Source of the DNA: Sphaeroforma arctica JP610
Lineage: Eukaryota
Direction: 5' to 3'
Assembly (NCBI RefSeq): GCF_001186125.1
Contig: NW_014040519.1
Location: 159,075-199,646 of the forward strand
DNA length: 40,572 nt
In this document: piece after piece, positions 12,170-23,758 of the stretch
How the letters are laid out: each line of letters begins with the position of its first letter
Position numbering within the stretch: the first letter of the stretch is position 1
Translations under genes and position numbers: made by a program
The notes under the pieces: generated by a model
What the model was told of the DNA's origin: nothing
Database searches by the model: none
The model's input: only the letters and a program-made list of their open reading frames with translations

Positions 12170-13009
12170 AAGATCATGTCTTCTGTAATTTGTACAATAT
12201 TTTCATGTACGGGTCATGTCGATGATGTATATAGTCAACGAGTGAATAGAAACAGGCTTCTTGTCCTACGTCTATTATTCAAACACTACCTGCTATCGTA
12301 GCTCGTATTGCAGTTTGCGCAGCACAGATCACAGACAACGACATCAATATAGATGACGGCGCCATGGTAAGTCACATGTACACGAAAACACGTCACTGTC
12401 TACTTCATGACATTGAACAGGATAGGTTTCCACTGTTAAATATAATAAGGAACATGGAACCCTCCCTATTCTGGGACTCATATACCTGGACTCAGACAAC
12501 ACAACCCCTCATTTTCTAATACAATATGTAAGACTGATCTCCGGGTTTGCGATCGTATTTACAACCCAAAAAAAGGAGATGCCAATGAAGTATTTTCACA
12601 ATAACCGATGGTAGAGAAAGTTTCGTTTCACATATGATCATGATTAATAAAGACAGCAGACGCGCCATTCCCAATAGCTCTTCTGACTGAGTTCAATTAT
12701 ATCATACGTAACACTCTTTACTAAGCGTTACTTGATTTTGACCACAAACATTGATGGCACAACACTCACCCTTCCACGTATAAAGGGTAGCTACTATGTT
12801 CAATACAGCGCTCTTTGTGACTTACTCACGCCCCCGTTACAAAGGTTACTACCCCTCTACCAACACCAACTGCCACACACATAGTCATGACATACGACGC
12901 CTATCACCGTTCTACTGACGACCGTCAACGGTCTAAAACAACTTCATACTTACTCATTTCCCTCCACCATGCGTGGACACCAAAGCCTGACAATTTAACA
13001 CAGCACTGG

Positions 13010-13370
13010 TCACTGCTGCGTGTGATTTCTTGAATTTCACTCTGACAATTGACATCTGCACTGTTCCTATTAATGTTCTATTTCCCTGGTCTATTTCTGG
13101 ACTGATCGGAGGTGAACCTCACCAAAACAGAACTCGCATATGCATTATGCTTCCCTGGTCATTGATCGCCCCTAGCATTCAAGCCAACACTAAAACTAAT
13201 TTTCAAACTGTGATGGTTGTCTCTCTCCGGCCATGCGCTCCTTGGTCGACCGCATTTATAACACATATCCACGGTCAACCTTTAAAAGTCCAAAATACCA
13301 CTGCCAAGCGACAAGGTACCACTGCTGTAGGAAAACCGTCCTGGGTGTGTACTAAAGTGGCACTCCTTGA
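13010..13370 (+). pseudogene. Degenerate MTase-like insert between HH (~12965-12980) and CAIC (13444-13455) of copia C integrase
   Basis: TLTIDICTVPIN (motif I position), RICIMLPWSLI (NPPW position), VMVVSLRPCAPW, GKPSWVCTKVALL; collinear with the copia D and gypsy MTases. Confidence 0.65.
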
Positions 13371-15600
13371 TAACTTTACTACCCATTCTAACCATGGTCC
13401 GGAGGCCATCGACGTCAAACAACATCCGGAGTTTCCTAACCATTGCGCTATATGTGTTAAATTCAAGTTCCGCGCCACTGCGGTCTCTCACTCCTCATCT
13501 ACACACAACGCTTATGGAACTGGCGAAAGACTACATGTTGACATGCAAGGGCCGATCCCGCCTGATCGTTACGGCAACGAATATACACTTAATATGTTCG
13601 ATGCAAGCTTTCATTACGGCCTTCATTCTCTTCTCCCTAATCGCCAAAATATGTCCAAAAACATACAACGGCTTTATACTGTTGTCACTCCTCACTGGAA
13701 ACCCGATACCTTGGTCGCTGACAATGTCTTGGAATTTCACAGTACCTCTACGTATAATCTTATGCATGACCATGCAATGCAGCTTCTCAAGCCCCCGCCT
13801 CGCACCCCCCAGCGTAACGCTAAGATCGAACGCCTACATGATGCTCTAAACAGTTATGTGCGTATACTACTTAAGGACGCTGGTATACATAAACCCTGTT
13901 GGGGCGATACATTTATGTACGCCTGCGATTTTTGTAACCATTGTCTTGGCCGCAACGACACCATTCGCACATCCGCCGAGACATTTATCTAACGATCCGA
14001 ATTCCGTGACCCGAGAGCTCGTTTCGGCTGCCTGGTTGTGTTTAAACTATGGAGCCGTGCTTAAGGCCAGCAGGAATATCTTCCCAGTGCGTGTATGGTG
14101 TCCTTCTAGGACGCACCAGTAACTCCTTTCAGGGCTGCTACTGCATACAAACTCTTGGCAGATTCGGATTCACACTAAATATCTCAGATTTATCACCGAT
14201 CGCAACGTCCAGTGGTCTGCAGATGGAAAGTCAGACTCTCTATCAGAGACACCTAGCTCGTGTGACATCCCTGTCGACTGGATGAACATTGACTCACCAC
14301 TGGGCATTACCAGCGTTTCATTCATCGTGCACCCCTCCCCCTCTCATTGGCCTCTTCAACTCACTCTTTCAAGATGCCATCACGCCTGAACCGACAGGTC
14401 TACTCTCGCTCTCTTTCCTGAACACATTACGCAATAGGACATCCCGCATGTCCGCAACTTTCCCTCCTCCTTTTTCACCAGCTCTACCCATCATTTTTCC
14501 TCCCGAGCCAGTTGCGGCTCCTCTTCCACCGCTTATCAGTATCCCTTCTACGCCCATCACTGTTTTACCTACACCGCATGACTATCAGTGGACTCCTGCC
14601 TCCCAATACTTCCGACCAACACCCTCTTACCGCCCCTTCCTCACCTGCAACCCCTGATTCATCAATGTATCCGACCCCCGGTGCCTATTCCAGTCTCTCT
14701 CCATTGACCTGGACACCCGCTCCTGGATATGTACACCAACACCCTATGTCATCTGTTCCCACGACCCCCTCCTCCAATAGTGGCTTTGGTCACCTTCTAC
14801 CTCTCCATTGGACCCCTGCTTATAAATCCGGTCATCAACATGCATCCAAGTCCCCTATGCCGACTGTCACCTCTCCCCCAGCCCCTATATCTCCGCGTCT
14901 CATCCCACTTCGTTCCCAACACACGAAGTACCCACCTGGCCACCTCCCCCAACCAACTAACACCTCTTCTTACCCCTCCCTCCGCTATTCTTGATGACTT
15001 CCCTTTAACCATTAACTTCCGTCGACAACCCCATCTCGATGCTTCATTCGCTACCTATCTTCTTTATCACCTATTACTCCGTTACGTCCTATCACTACCG
15101 CAGCAAGAAATATCACTCCCACTACCCGCACGTCTCCTAACCTTCTTCCTGGAACTCGATGTTTTACATGATCCTAAATTCTAATACGCTTAAATCTATC
15201 TCTAGCGCCCAGAAGTCCCCCCCCCCTGGGCTGATTGATACGAAGTTATAGAGACAGAGCACAACAACCATCTACGCAATAACCTGGCCGATGTCCTTCC
15301 CCTGTCTGCCGCCCCCTCTTCTACCAAAGTGATACATAGTAGATTTGTTTTTGTACTTAAACGTGATGAACATAGTAAACTCACCAGGTTCAAAGCCATA
15401 ATGGTTGCTTGTGGTGACGAGCAGGTCGGAGGTGACAGCTATACTGATACATATGCGCCGGCTGCCCATTCTATGACGCTTCGTCTCTTCCTAGCTATCG
15501 CTGCATTTACCGGTAAGCAAGTTCATCACTTTGATATGATATCGGCTTTTCTTTACAGCAAATTAGATACACCTGTCTATTTGTTTCCGCCGAAAGGATC

Positions 15601-15934
15601 TGTGGAACTAGGCTACTATGTAGAGTATGGAGAGTAGCTTAAAGATACGAGTCAAAGGATACAATAGACCTCTTCTCAAGCACTGTTACCTCAGCTACGA
15701 AGAGTCCTTCAGCTGAGGGAACCAAACTGAGTCTTTATTTGTGTTTTCTAATTCACTAGAATCAGGTTTCTACTTGAGTGTTTCTCTCACGCGCGGAGTC
15801 CCGGTACAAGTTACCGGTTCTACCACTGCTATTTCTGATGACTCTATTACCAGGAATATTTGAATTTGAATTCCAAAACTCAGTATTTGATGATTCTGTG
15901 GTTTTGGAATTTGGATTGGCTTTTTGATATCTGG
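15601..15934 (-). repeat. LTR family X copy (probable 3' LTR; continues at 23944-23950), truncating copia C RT and split by copia D
   Basis: Reverse-complement match to ~28610-28955. Starts TGTGG where the RT similarity ends. After the TCTGG TSD it ends tgctaca next to gcccccc (PPT-like on the minus strand). Confidence 0.8.
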
Positions 15935-16057
15935 TGATAGAACATATATTTACAAGTAAGTTTATTATCATATTGTAGGTCTAATATGTATTGACACTCT
16001 GACACTCTGACACCAAATATCTCTAAGGTTAGTTTAAGTTTTAAATTCGCTCCAACA
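15935..16057 (-). repeat. 3' LTR of copia D (123 bp; ~57 bp shorter than the 5' LTR)
   Basis: Matches 23759-23938; preceded on the minus strand by AGGAG and the pol C-terminus HHMHFTPHFGIQIQECW. Confidence 0.9.
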
Positions 16058-16103
16058 CTCCTGAATTTGAATGCCAAAATGTGGTGTGAAGTGCATGTGG
16101 TGA

Positions 16104-16949
16104 NNNNNNNNNNNNNNNNNNNNNNNNNNNNNNNNNNNNNNNNNNNNNNNNNNNNNNNNNNNNNNNNNNNNNNNNNNNNNNNNNNNNNNNNNNNNNNNNN
16201 NNNNNNNNNNNNNNNNNNNNNNNNNNNNNNNNNNNNNNNNNNNNNNNNNNNNNNNNNNNNNNNNNNNNNNNNNNNNNNNNNNNNNNNNNNNNNNNNNNNN
16301 NNNNNNNNNNNNNNNNNNNNNNNNNNNNNNNNNNNNNNNNNNNNNNNNNNNNNNNNNNNNNNNNNNNNNNNNNNNNNNNNNNNNNNNNNNNNNNNNNNNN
16401 NNNNNNNNNNNNNNNNNNNNNNNNNNNNNNNNNNNNNNNNNNNNNNNNNNNNNNNNNNNNNNNNNNNNNNNNNNNNNNNNNNNNNNNNNNNNNNNNNNNN
16501 NNNNNNNNNNNNNNNNNNNNNNNNNNNNNNNNNNNNNNNNNNNNNNNNNNNNNNNNNNNNNNNNNNNNNNNNNNNNNNNNNNNNNNNNNNNNNNNNNNNN
16601 NNNNNNNNNNNNNNNNNNNNNNNNNNNNNNNNNNNNNNNNNNNNNNNNNNNNNNNNNNNNNNNNNNNNNNNNNNNNNNNNNNNNNNNNNNNNNNNNNNNN
16701 NNNNNNNNNNNNNNNNNNNNNNNNNNNNNNNNNNNNNNNNNNNNNNNNNNNNNNNNNNNNNNNNNNNNNNNNNNNNNNNNNNNNNNNNNNNNNNNNNNNN
16801 NNNNNNNNNNNNNNNNNNNNNNNNNNNNNNNNNNNNNNNNNNNNNNNNNNNNNNNNNNNNNNNNNNNNNNNNNNNNNNNNNNNNNNNNNNNNNNNNNNNN
16901 NNNNNNNNNNNNNNNNNNNNNNNNNNNNNNNNNNNNNNNNNNNNNNNNN
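16104..16949. other. Assembly gap (N run) inside copia D RNase H
   Basis: Run of N. Confidence 1.
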
Positions 16950-19042
16950 GTATTTGGTGTCAATCACGCCTTGTTCCTATAGATCGCGGATATGATGTAC
17001 ACGGATGTCGATGTGTTTCAGTTGTTTTAGCGTGCCCGTGTTGGTAATGACGTGGACAGCAGACTTGTTATCGCAGCATAGTGTGGTTGGGCTGTCAGGT
17101 GCGAGGTTTGAGTTCAGACAGGAAGTTCCGTAGCCACTGTATGTGTTTGGCGGCCTCACTGGCGGCAAAGTACTCGGCCTCAGCAGTGTTATTGCTGACT
17201 GTTTTCTGTCGCCTGCTTTTCCAGATAACGGGTGTGTTGCAAACACGGAGGACATAGCCTGTCGTTGATCGGCGTGTGTCAGGGTAACTAGCATAGTCTG
17301 AGTCTATGTATGTGTCGGTTGATAGGGGTTGTTGACACTTTGCGTATGTGAGTCCAAGTGTGGGGTGTATTTTGAGATAGCGTAGGACTCTGCAGACGGC
17401 GTTCCAGTGGTCCTCGCATGGGTTATTGAGGAACCGCGAAAGGGAGTTCACGGCGAAGGTGATGTCAATACGGGTGAGGATAGACAGGTAGAGGAGGGTG
17501 CCGACGAGTTCGCGATACGCGCAGGGAAAGGGCGGGCCATGATGAGCGGAAAGGATGGTTGCGGGGAAGGGCGTGTGGGTGGCGTGGACAGACTCAAGGC
17601 CGAAGTGCTAGACGGCCTCGTCGATGTAGGAGGTCTGGACAACGCTAGTGGATATATTGTTTGTGACGATGCGACAGCCTAATAGCCAGGTGAGCTCTCC
17701 GAGTATGGAACAGTCGAAGACGGCAAGGAGTTCGCTTGAATATGTCCACATTTTTGCGGGTAAAACCGCAAATAATGAGGTCGTCGACATATATAAACAC
17801 CGTGCAGTTATATGTGAGGGTGCGGATGTGAAAGAGACATCGGTCAGTGTGTGCTTAGGTGAAGCCAAAGGATAGGAGCTTGGACTTGGATCAGAGAAAA
17901 CCAGAGCTTGCCGGACTGCTTGAGCCCGTAGAGGGACTTTTTGAGGGCGACAATTTTGGAAGGGTCAAGGCCGATTTAAGCGGGGCCTGATGGAGCTTTC
18001 ATGTAGATCGGGTGGTCGAGGTCGGCGTGAAGGAAGGCGGTATTGACATCCATTTGCTCTGTGTGCCAGTCCTGGTCGGCGGCAACAGCGAGGAGTGTGC
18101 GGATACTGTCATGAGTGCAGGTAAGTGCGTAGGTCTCCGTGAAGTTTACGTCCTTGGTTTGTGTGAAGCCGCGAACGACTAACCGAGCCTTGTACTTGTC
18201 GATGACGCCATTGATCATCTTTATCTTGAAGACCCACGTAGATGTGACAGGAAAGACGTCAGGTGGGAGGTCAATGGCATCACAAATGACGTATGTGCCG
18301 GTACTGCGGAGGCTGTTAAGCTCGCATTGAATGGCCGCGCGCCAGAGGTCAGTTTTAGGGGATTTCAGTGCTTATTTGATGGTAGTAGGGGTGATTGGTG
18401 TGTTTTGTATAGATTCGCATACACTGTAGACATGCTTGCGCACTTTCTCGAGTTCCTCTTGGTCGGCCTTTTGCTTGCGCGTGAGTGGAGGAGGGTTGGA
18501 CGTAATAGCAGGGATGTCGGTGTGGTGTGTGTTGTCACATGTGTCGATGAGAAGGTTGCGTAGTTCATGGGAGTTGGAACGTTTACGGATGTGTTGTTGT
18601 AGCTGGTCATTGTGTGCATTGCCGAGGATGCGTGATTGTTCCTGTGTGTGGTGTGCGTCAGTGCTAAGTTGTGCCTTGTTCGCTTGCCATGCAGCAGGTG
18701 TTGACTTTGTAGGGCGAGTGACACGCTGAGTGGCGGCTTGGAGGCGATGATGGAGATTAGGGGGTGCAGGGTTGTCGGAGGTCGCCGAAATGGGGTAGGT
18801 GGAGGGCGAAGGTGTGTCCTCTGCGTGTGAACTGGATGTGGTGAGTGGCTCGTGAGTGGGTGCGGGCTCGAGGTCAGTGGATTTGCGTTGTGGATCCGTG
18901 GGGACGGATGGGAGAGTGTCACGATACGTACCTTGGAGATTTGGTCCTCGGTAAAATAGGGACGGGATTTGGAGCCATGTGATTGCCAAAATGGGAAGAT
19001 TCCTTCGTTGAAGGTCACGTGACGCGTGGTGATGACCTGGCT

Positions 19043-19920
19043 TGTGGCGGTGTTGAGCATGCGGTATTCTTCAGGGTTTTTGGAGAAGGGATCGCGAGCA
19101 AGGATAACGCCGAAACGAACTCGTTTACGGAGCTTTTCTTTGTTACTATGATCGATAGACATAGTCATGCAGCCGTAGACTCGTAATGCATGCACATGGG
19201 TGGTGGGTTTGCGGCCGAAGAAGTGCTCGTAGGGACTGGCACGGCCTGGGTTGGTGTCACGAGGAGAGATTTTGGGTATAGGGGTTGCGTGAGACTTAGC
19301 TTCCGCCCATATGTGGCGGGGTTGCTTACATTGGGCGATGAGGCAGAGAGCAGTCTTCATATTGACCTGGTGACCACGTTCAACGCCGCCGTGTTGGGCA
19401 GAGTCGTCCGTGCCGTTGCATAGGATTTGTACTTGATATAGATGGTTCACTCGTTTAAATTCGGCGGAAATGAACTCACCCTGTGGCGGTGTTGAGCATG
19501 CGGTATTATTCAGGGTTTTTGGAGAAGGGATCGCGAGCAAGGAGAACGCCGAAGCGAACTCGTTTACGGAGCTTATCTTTGTTACCATGATCAATAGACA
19601 TAGTCATGCAGCCGTAGACTCGTAATACATGCACATGGATGGTGGGTTTACGGCCGAAGAAGTGCTCGTAGGGACTGGCACGGCCTGGGTTGGTGTCACG
19701 AGGAGAGATTTTGGGGTTAGGGGTTGCGTGAGACTTAGCTTCCGCCCATATATGGCGGGGCTGCTTACATTGGGCGATGAGGCAGAGAGCAGTCTTCATA
19801 TTGGCCTGGTGGCCACGTTCAACGTCGCCGTGTTGGGCACAGTCGTCCGTGCCGTTGTATAGGATTTGTACATGATGTAGATAGTTCACCCGTTTGAATT
19901 CGGCGGAAATGAACTTACCA
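19043..19920. repeat. 439-bp tandem duplication within copia D integrase
   Basis: tgtggcggtgttgagcatgcgg at 19043 and 19482; about 24 substitutions between copies by manual count. Confidence 0.95.
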
Positions 19921-20289
19921 TCGCGGCCGGTGACGATAGTGCATATGCGATGGCGGCCTATGTCTTCAATTCAGGTGTAGAAGCGGTCAAGGGTGGCAGC
20001 GGCGTCGTCTTTGTGTTCAAGGTTTTCCTCGTATTCGAGACCAGAAGTGCGTTCAAAGTAGCGGATGGTATAAGCGTGGCCCCCGTAGCTTTCTTCGAAT
20101 TTCCCTTCAAGGTCGACTTGCCATTCGGATCCGATGTCAGGAAGAGAACGGGGCTTGTTACGAGTGGCTTTCTTGCGCATCTTGCCTCTCGCGCAGGAGG
20201 TGCAAGTGCATTCAGGTTTGCCGGTGTGGAGGATAGAGATGTCAATGGCGGTTTGGAGGTCGGCGGCAATGGGGTCGGCGTATTTGGTG

Positions 20290-20730
20290 GGACCGAAAAT
20301 GGCGACACCAGTGTAGAGCCAGGGTGGATTGGTAACAAACTCTTGGGAGCCATTGGAGCCACGGCGGATGAAAGTGGTGGGCGATGATGGGATGATTTCG
20401 ACGTGAGACTGAAGGTGGTCCATGAGTTGTGTCCACCAGGAGGCGCGCGGTTTCACAGGGAAGACCATGATGACTCGGCCGGCGTCTTTGTCGAGTTTGC
20501 GACAGCTTTTGGGGAAATTTTTCTAGGGTTGATTTCCGTAGAGCTTCTTGTTTGGTTTATGCCAGTTTTGTTTGTATGCGTCGTGATAGTGCGTGTCTTT
20601 GTCGGTGAAGTCTTCGGTACAGTAGGTGGGTACTTGTTTGTTATGTTTGGATGAAAACAAGTCGATGTCGATGGGGCCGAAGGGCTTTTGAACGTGGTCT
20701 TCGAAGAGATCGGGTGCGAGTTGGTAGTCG
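20290..20730 (-). pseudogene. Dam-like N6-adenine DNA methyltransferase domain inserted in the copia D integrase zinc finger
   Basis: DYQLAPDLFEDHVQKPFGPIDIDLFSSKHNKQVPTYCT..DAYKQNW..KLYGNQP* (TAG for TGG), KAVA(K)LDKDAGRVIMVFPVKPRASWW (frameshift-repaired), TNPPWLYTGVAIFG; flanked by HHARFGH (~20805-20825) and CTSC (~20193-20204). Confidence 0.85.
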
Positions 20731-21314
20731 TTGCAGTAGGTTAATGGCGGTTTGATGGGGAGGTTGTTAGCGAGAGCCATAGCTTTGGTGGTGCGTGTGG
20801 ACTGGTGTCCGAAGCGTGCATGGTGGAGGTGGAGGCTCTCGGCTTGGAAGGCGTTGAGTTGGTAGCGGCCGGCGGCCTCGGTGACGATCTGAATGGTGTC
20901 AGTGCCATAGGTGATGTGACTTTCGCCTGGAGTATTGGGTGTGTTGATCTCGGGGAAAGTGACTGTATAGCCATTGCATTGGAGATTGCGGACGGATAGG
21001 ATAGGTTGGGCAGCAGTGGGTAGCACGAGGGTAGGGCCGAGGCCAAGGATGGTACCGCGTGTGTATGCGGTGGTAGTAGATCCGCCAGCGAGTTCAATAG
21101 TATATGTGCCGGACTGAAGGTCAGTTAGGTGATCGGTGGAGGTGACGATGGAGATATCTGCCCCTGAGTTGATGAGGGCGGTGGAGAATGTGGTGGCGAG
21201 GGCGGTGTCGAGTTGGGGCGTCGCGCGCAGAGTGAGAGATTGCACAGTATAGTAGGATGGGAGGGTGGTACTAGAGGAGGGGGCGGGTTGGGTGGCGCGC
21301 GTTGCCCTGGCATC

Positions 21315-23043
21315 TCAGTTGGTGGTAGCGGCAGATGAGTTGCGCTTGCCGCGAATACACGCTTCAGTCGTGTGGCCGGTGGAGTATCTACAATGGTCGC
21401 ATGTGAGTTTTCCTGTGGTGGTGCAGGCATTCCCTTTGTGGTCTTTGCTGCCACATCGGCGACAAGTAATATTGGGACACTCATATGCAGTGCGGCCAGG
21501 CTGGTGGCAGGCGACGCAGTTACCGGTGGTATGGTTTATACCAATGGGTGGGCGTTTGAGGGTATCGGTGCCATTACTACGTGGTTGGAAGCGAGTACTG
21601 GCTACGCCATAGAGAGAGGGACCCCTTAGTACTGCACTGGTATTGATTGCGTGATTGCGAATCTTTGGGACTACGGTGTCAAAGGTGTATGTGTTGTCGG
21701 TAGTGGCCATGATATCCTGTGCGACGAGCTGGAAGCTGTCTGGCAGGGATTGAAGGAGGGAGCAGATATGGTAATATTCAGGCGTAGTGGTGTTGAGGCC
21801 TTTGAGTTGGTCCCTGAGCAGAGTTACTTTAGCGATGCTGTCGTGTCTAAGCAGGGTTGCTGTGGAAGTGTGAGGAGCTGCACTAAGAGTTCCCAAATGC
21901 GGCCAATTGTGACGGAGGTAAAATCTTGGCATATGTGTTGGTAGAACAGACTCGGGGGTTGATCGAGATATATGTGTCATATTGCTCGGGTATGCCGGGG
22001 CCAAGGGATTCGAAAAGGATCGTAGTACCGACGGTGAGCTCGGCATCATCGGCAGTAGTGTTGGGGTGTAGGGTGTGGAGGACGTCGTGCTTTTTCATCA
22101 TATGTCTGAACTGTCTGTGCCAATTAGTGAAGTTTTTATCACCCGTGAGTTTGGTGGCTACATAGGTGTCATTGTATTTGAAGGCTTTGGCAGTGCTGAC
22201 GCGGGAGGCAGGGAGGTTGTGGAGTTGTTGCGTAGATTGAGTGTGAGAGGTACCGGAGGGGGAGTGTGGGGGTGGAGTAGTCGGTGGTGTCTGAGGACCT
22301 GCCATACGGCGAAGCTTTTGCTCGGCAAGAAGGAGACGGTGACGAAGTGTGGTGGAGTCGGTGTCGATGGGCTGAGAGCGTGCTGTGTCAAGTTGTGTTT
22401 TGAGTTGCGCGATGTCTGTATGGGCGTTGTGGAGGGATACCTGTAGGGCATCCATTTCGGCAAGAGTAGCAGTGAGGAAATCATTGTGTTCGTGTCGGAG
22501 ATAAAAGATGGTGGCTTCGAGCTGGACATTGGTGGCACGGAGTTCAGATATAGTGTAAGTGTGGGCAGTGGCTTCGGCGACGGAATCATCGCGGATTTTG
22601 CGAAGGCGCTTGTTGTCGGCGGTGAGATCGGATGTGTCGGGGTGAGGGGATGCGCGAAAGTGATCAAGTTGTTCGTTCAGCGAGTTGCGATCAGCGATGC
22701 AGGCAGTGAAGTTGGCTTGGGTGTCGTCGCGCTCCTTGCGGGCGCTTTCGAGTTTGGTGATGAGAATGTCCTTGTCTTGCTGGAGTTGGTCGAGGATTTC
22801 TTCGAGGTTGGAGGTAGAGTTGGCATCACGCTGTGTACGAGCCTCCTTGAGTTTGTCGAGTAAGGTGTCCTTTTCTTCTTTGAGGACGTAAATGGTGGCC
22901 TCGTGTGCGTCATTAGTGGCACTAAGGGTGTTATATTCAGTGGTGTGCGTGGCATACGCGTCATTTCGTTCAGCGATCGCACGTGTGGTTGCGAGGTCTG
23001 AGAAAGCAGCATGTGCTGCGAGGTATATAGTGATGGGATGCAC
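21315..23043 (-). pseudogene. Copia D gag with long N-terminal coiled coil and three zinc knuckles (frameshifted)
   Basis: ORFs 21883-23043 and 21315-22049; knuckles CVACHQPGRTAYEC, CRRCGSKDHKGNAC, CDHCRYSTGHTTEAC. Confidence 0.85.
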
Positions 23044-23307
23044 TGGTGGGCGGTTGTCATGATCAAGGACGCGGTCAAGAATTTTGTTTAGTATGTTGAG
23101 GTGCTGGTTGGCGTGGCTGATGGATTGATAAGCGTCAAGGCGAGGGAAGAAGTTTGTGTGAAATCTTGTGGCGGAATCGAGGTTTGTGAAAGTAGATCGG
23201 GGTATGAGGACCCCTTTTGGTTGAGTTGGAGGGTGAGATGTTGGTGCGAGGTACGGGGGTGGTTGGGTGGTTGTTGCCTGGGTGGTAGCGACTGAATAAA
23301 AAGTATG

Positions 23308-23732
23308 TGTTAGAGTGTAAGATGGTAGTCTTTGAATAAAGCGTAATTGTATATCTTTATTTACAACCTCACCTTTGGTTTTATACTCAAGGTGTTTGTG
23401 CCAGTGTTCAACCGCTTAGGTTGGCCAGGGTGAAAACTCATATGGTCAGTATGAGAAACCTTTTGCAGAACACTTTAACACTTATATATTGTTCTATAGC
23501 ATAATCTCTGCTACTCGCTCTTACGCCGATCAATCAATGTTGCTTGGCTTTCAGAGCAAATTTCTCCTAGGTATCGGCTTTCGGAGCAATGCTCTCATAG
23601 GAGCAAATGTATTATTAACATGATGTGGTTAATACTTTGATCCGCTTTTCGGAGTGACGCAACTCCTGTGATTTTATTCAAGAAAAAGAGTTTTCTTGCT
23701 ATTGAAACTTGCTTGAGATCTGTAGTCTCTCA
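23308..23732 (-). repeat. Solo LTR family Y inserted in the leader of copia D
   Basis: TGTTAGAG...CTCTCA termini; TSD GTATG at 23303-23307 and 23733-23737; TATAAAA and AATAAA on the minus strand; homologous to 25424-25930. Confidence 0.9.
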
Positions 23733-23748
23733 GTATGGTACCAAGTAT

Positions 23749-23758
23749 GCCCATAACC
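23749..23758 (-). promoter_or_regulatory. Primer-binding site complementary to the tRNA-iMet anticodon arm (half-tRNA priming)
   Basis: GGTTATGGGC immediately 3' of the 5' LTR. Confidence 0.85.

Larger units (their letters stand above)
8500..15600 (+). mobile_element. Decayed Ty1/copia element C: gag (8750-9545, resumes ~11690-11940), degenerate MTase plus integrase (12960-14200), RT N-terminus (15200-15600); interrupted by MULE, LINE fragment and LTR X
   Basis: ORF 8833-9432 EDLREWFFRCE..A..Q..L..FFGELGQ is homologous to the gags of A and B. Knuckle GCGRCGHKGHNA at ~11900. Integrase LHVDMQGP, ADNVLEF, TPQRNAKIERLH (ORF 13030-13992). RT SRFVFVLKRD..RFKAIMVACG..HFDMISAFL (ORF 15329-15637). 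IN-before-RT order. The left boundary is approximate. Confidence 0.85.

Noticed and set aside
16034..17047. Three ~310-330 aa ORFs
   Set aside because: Artefacts of translating the N gap
19043..19920. RIP or CpG-deamination signature
   Set aside because: About 17 transitions and 7 transversions with no clear CpA or CpG context bias
23272..23347. Imperfect ~40-bp direct repeat (tggtag..tgaataaa) across the solo LTR Y junction
   Set aside because: Short, AT-rich and degenerate; cannot be distinguished from chance
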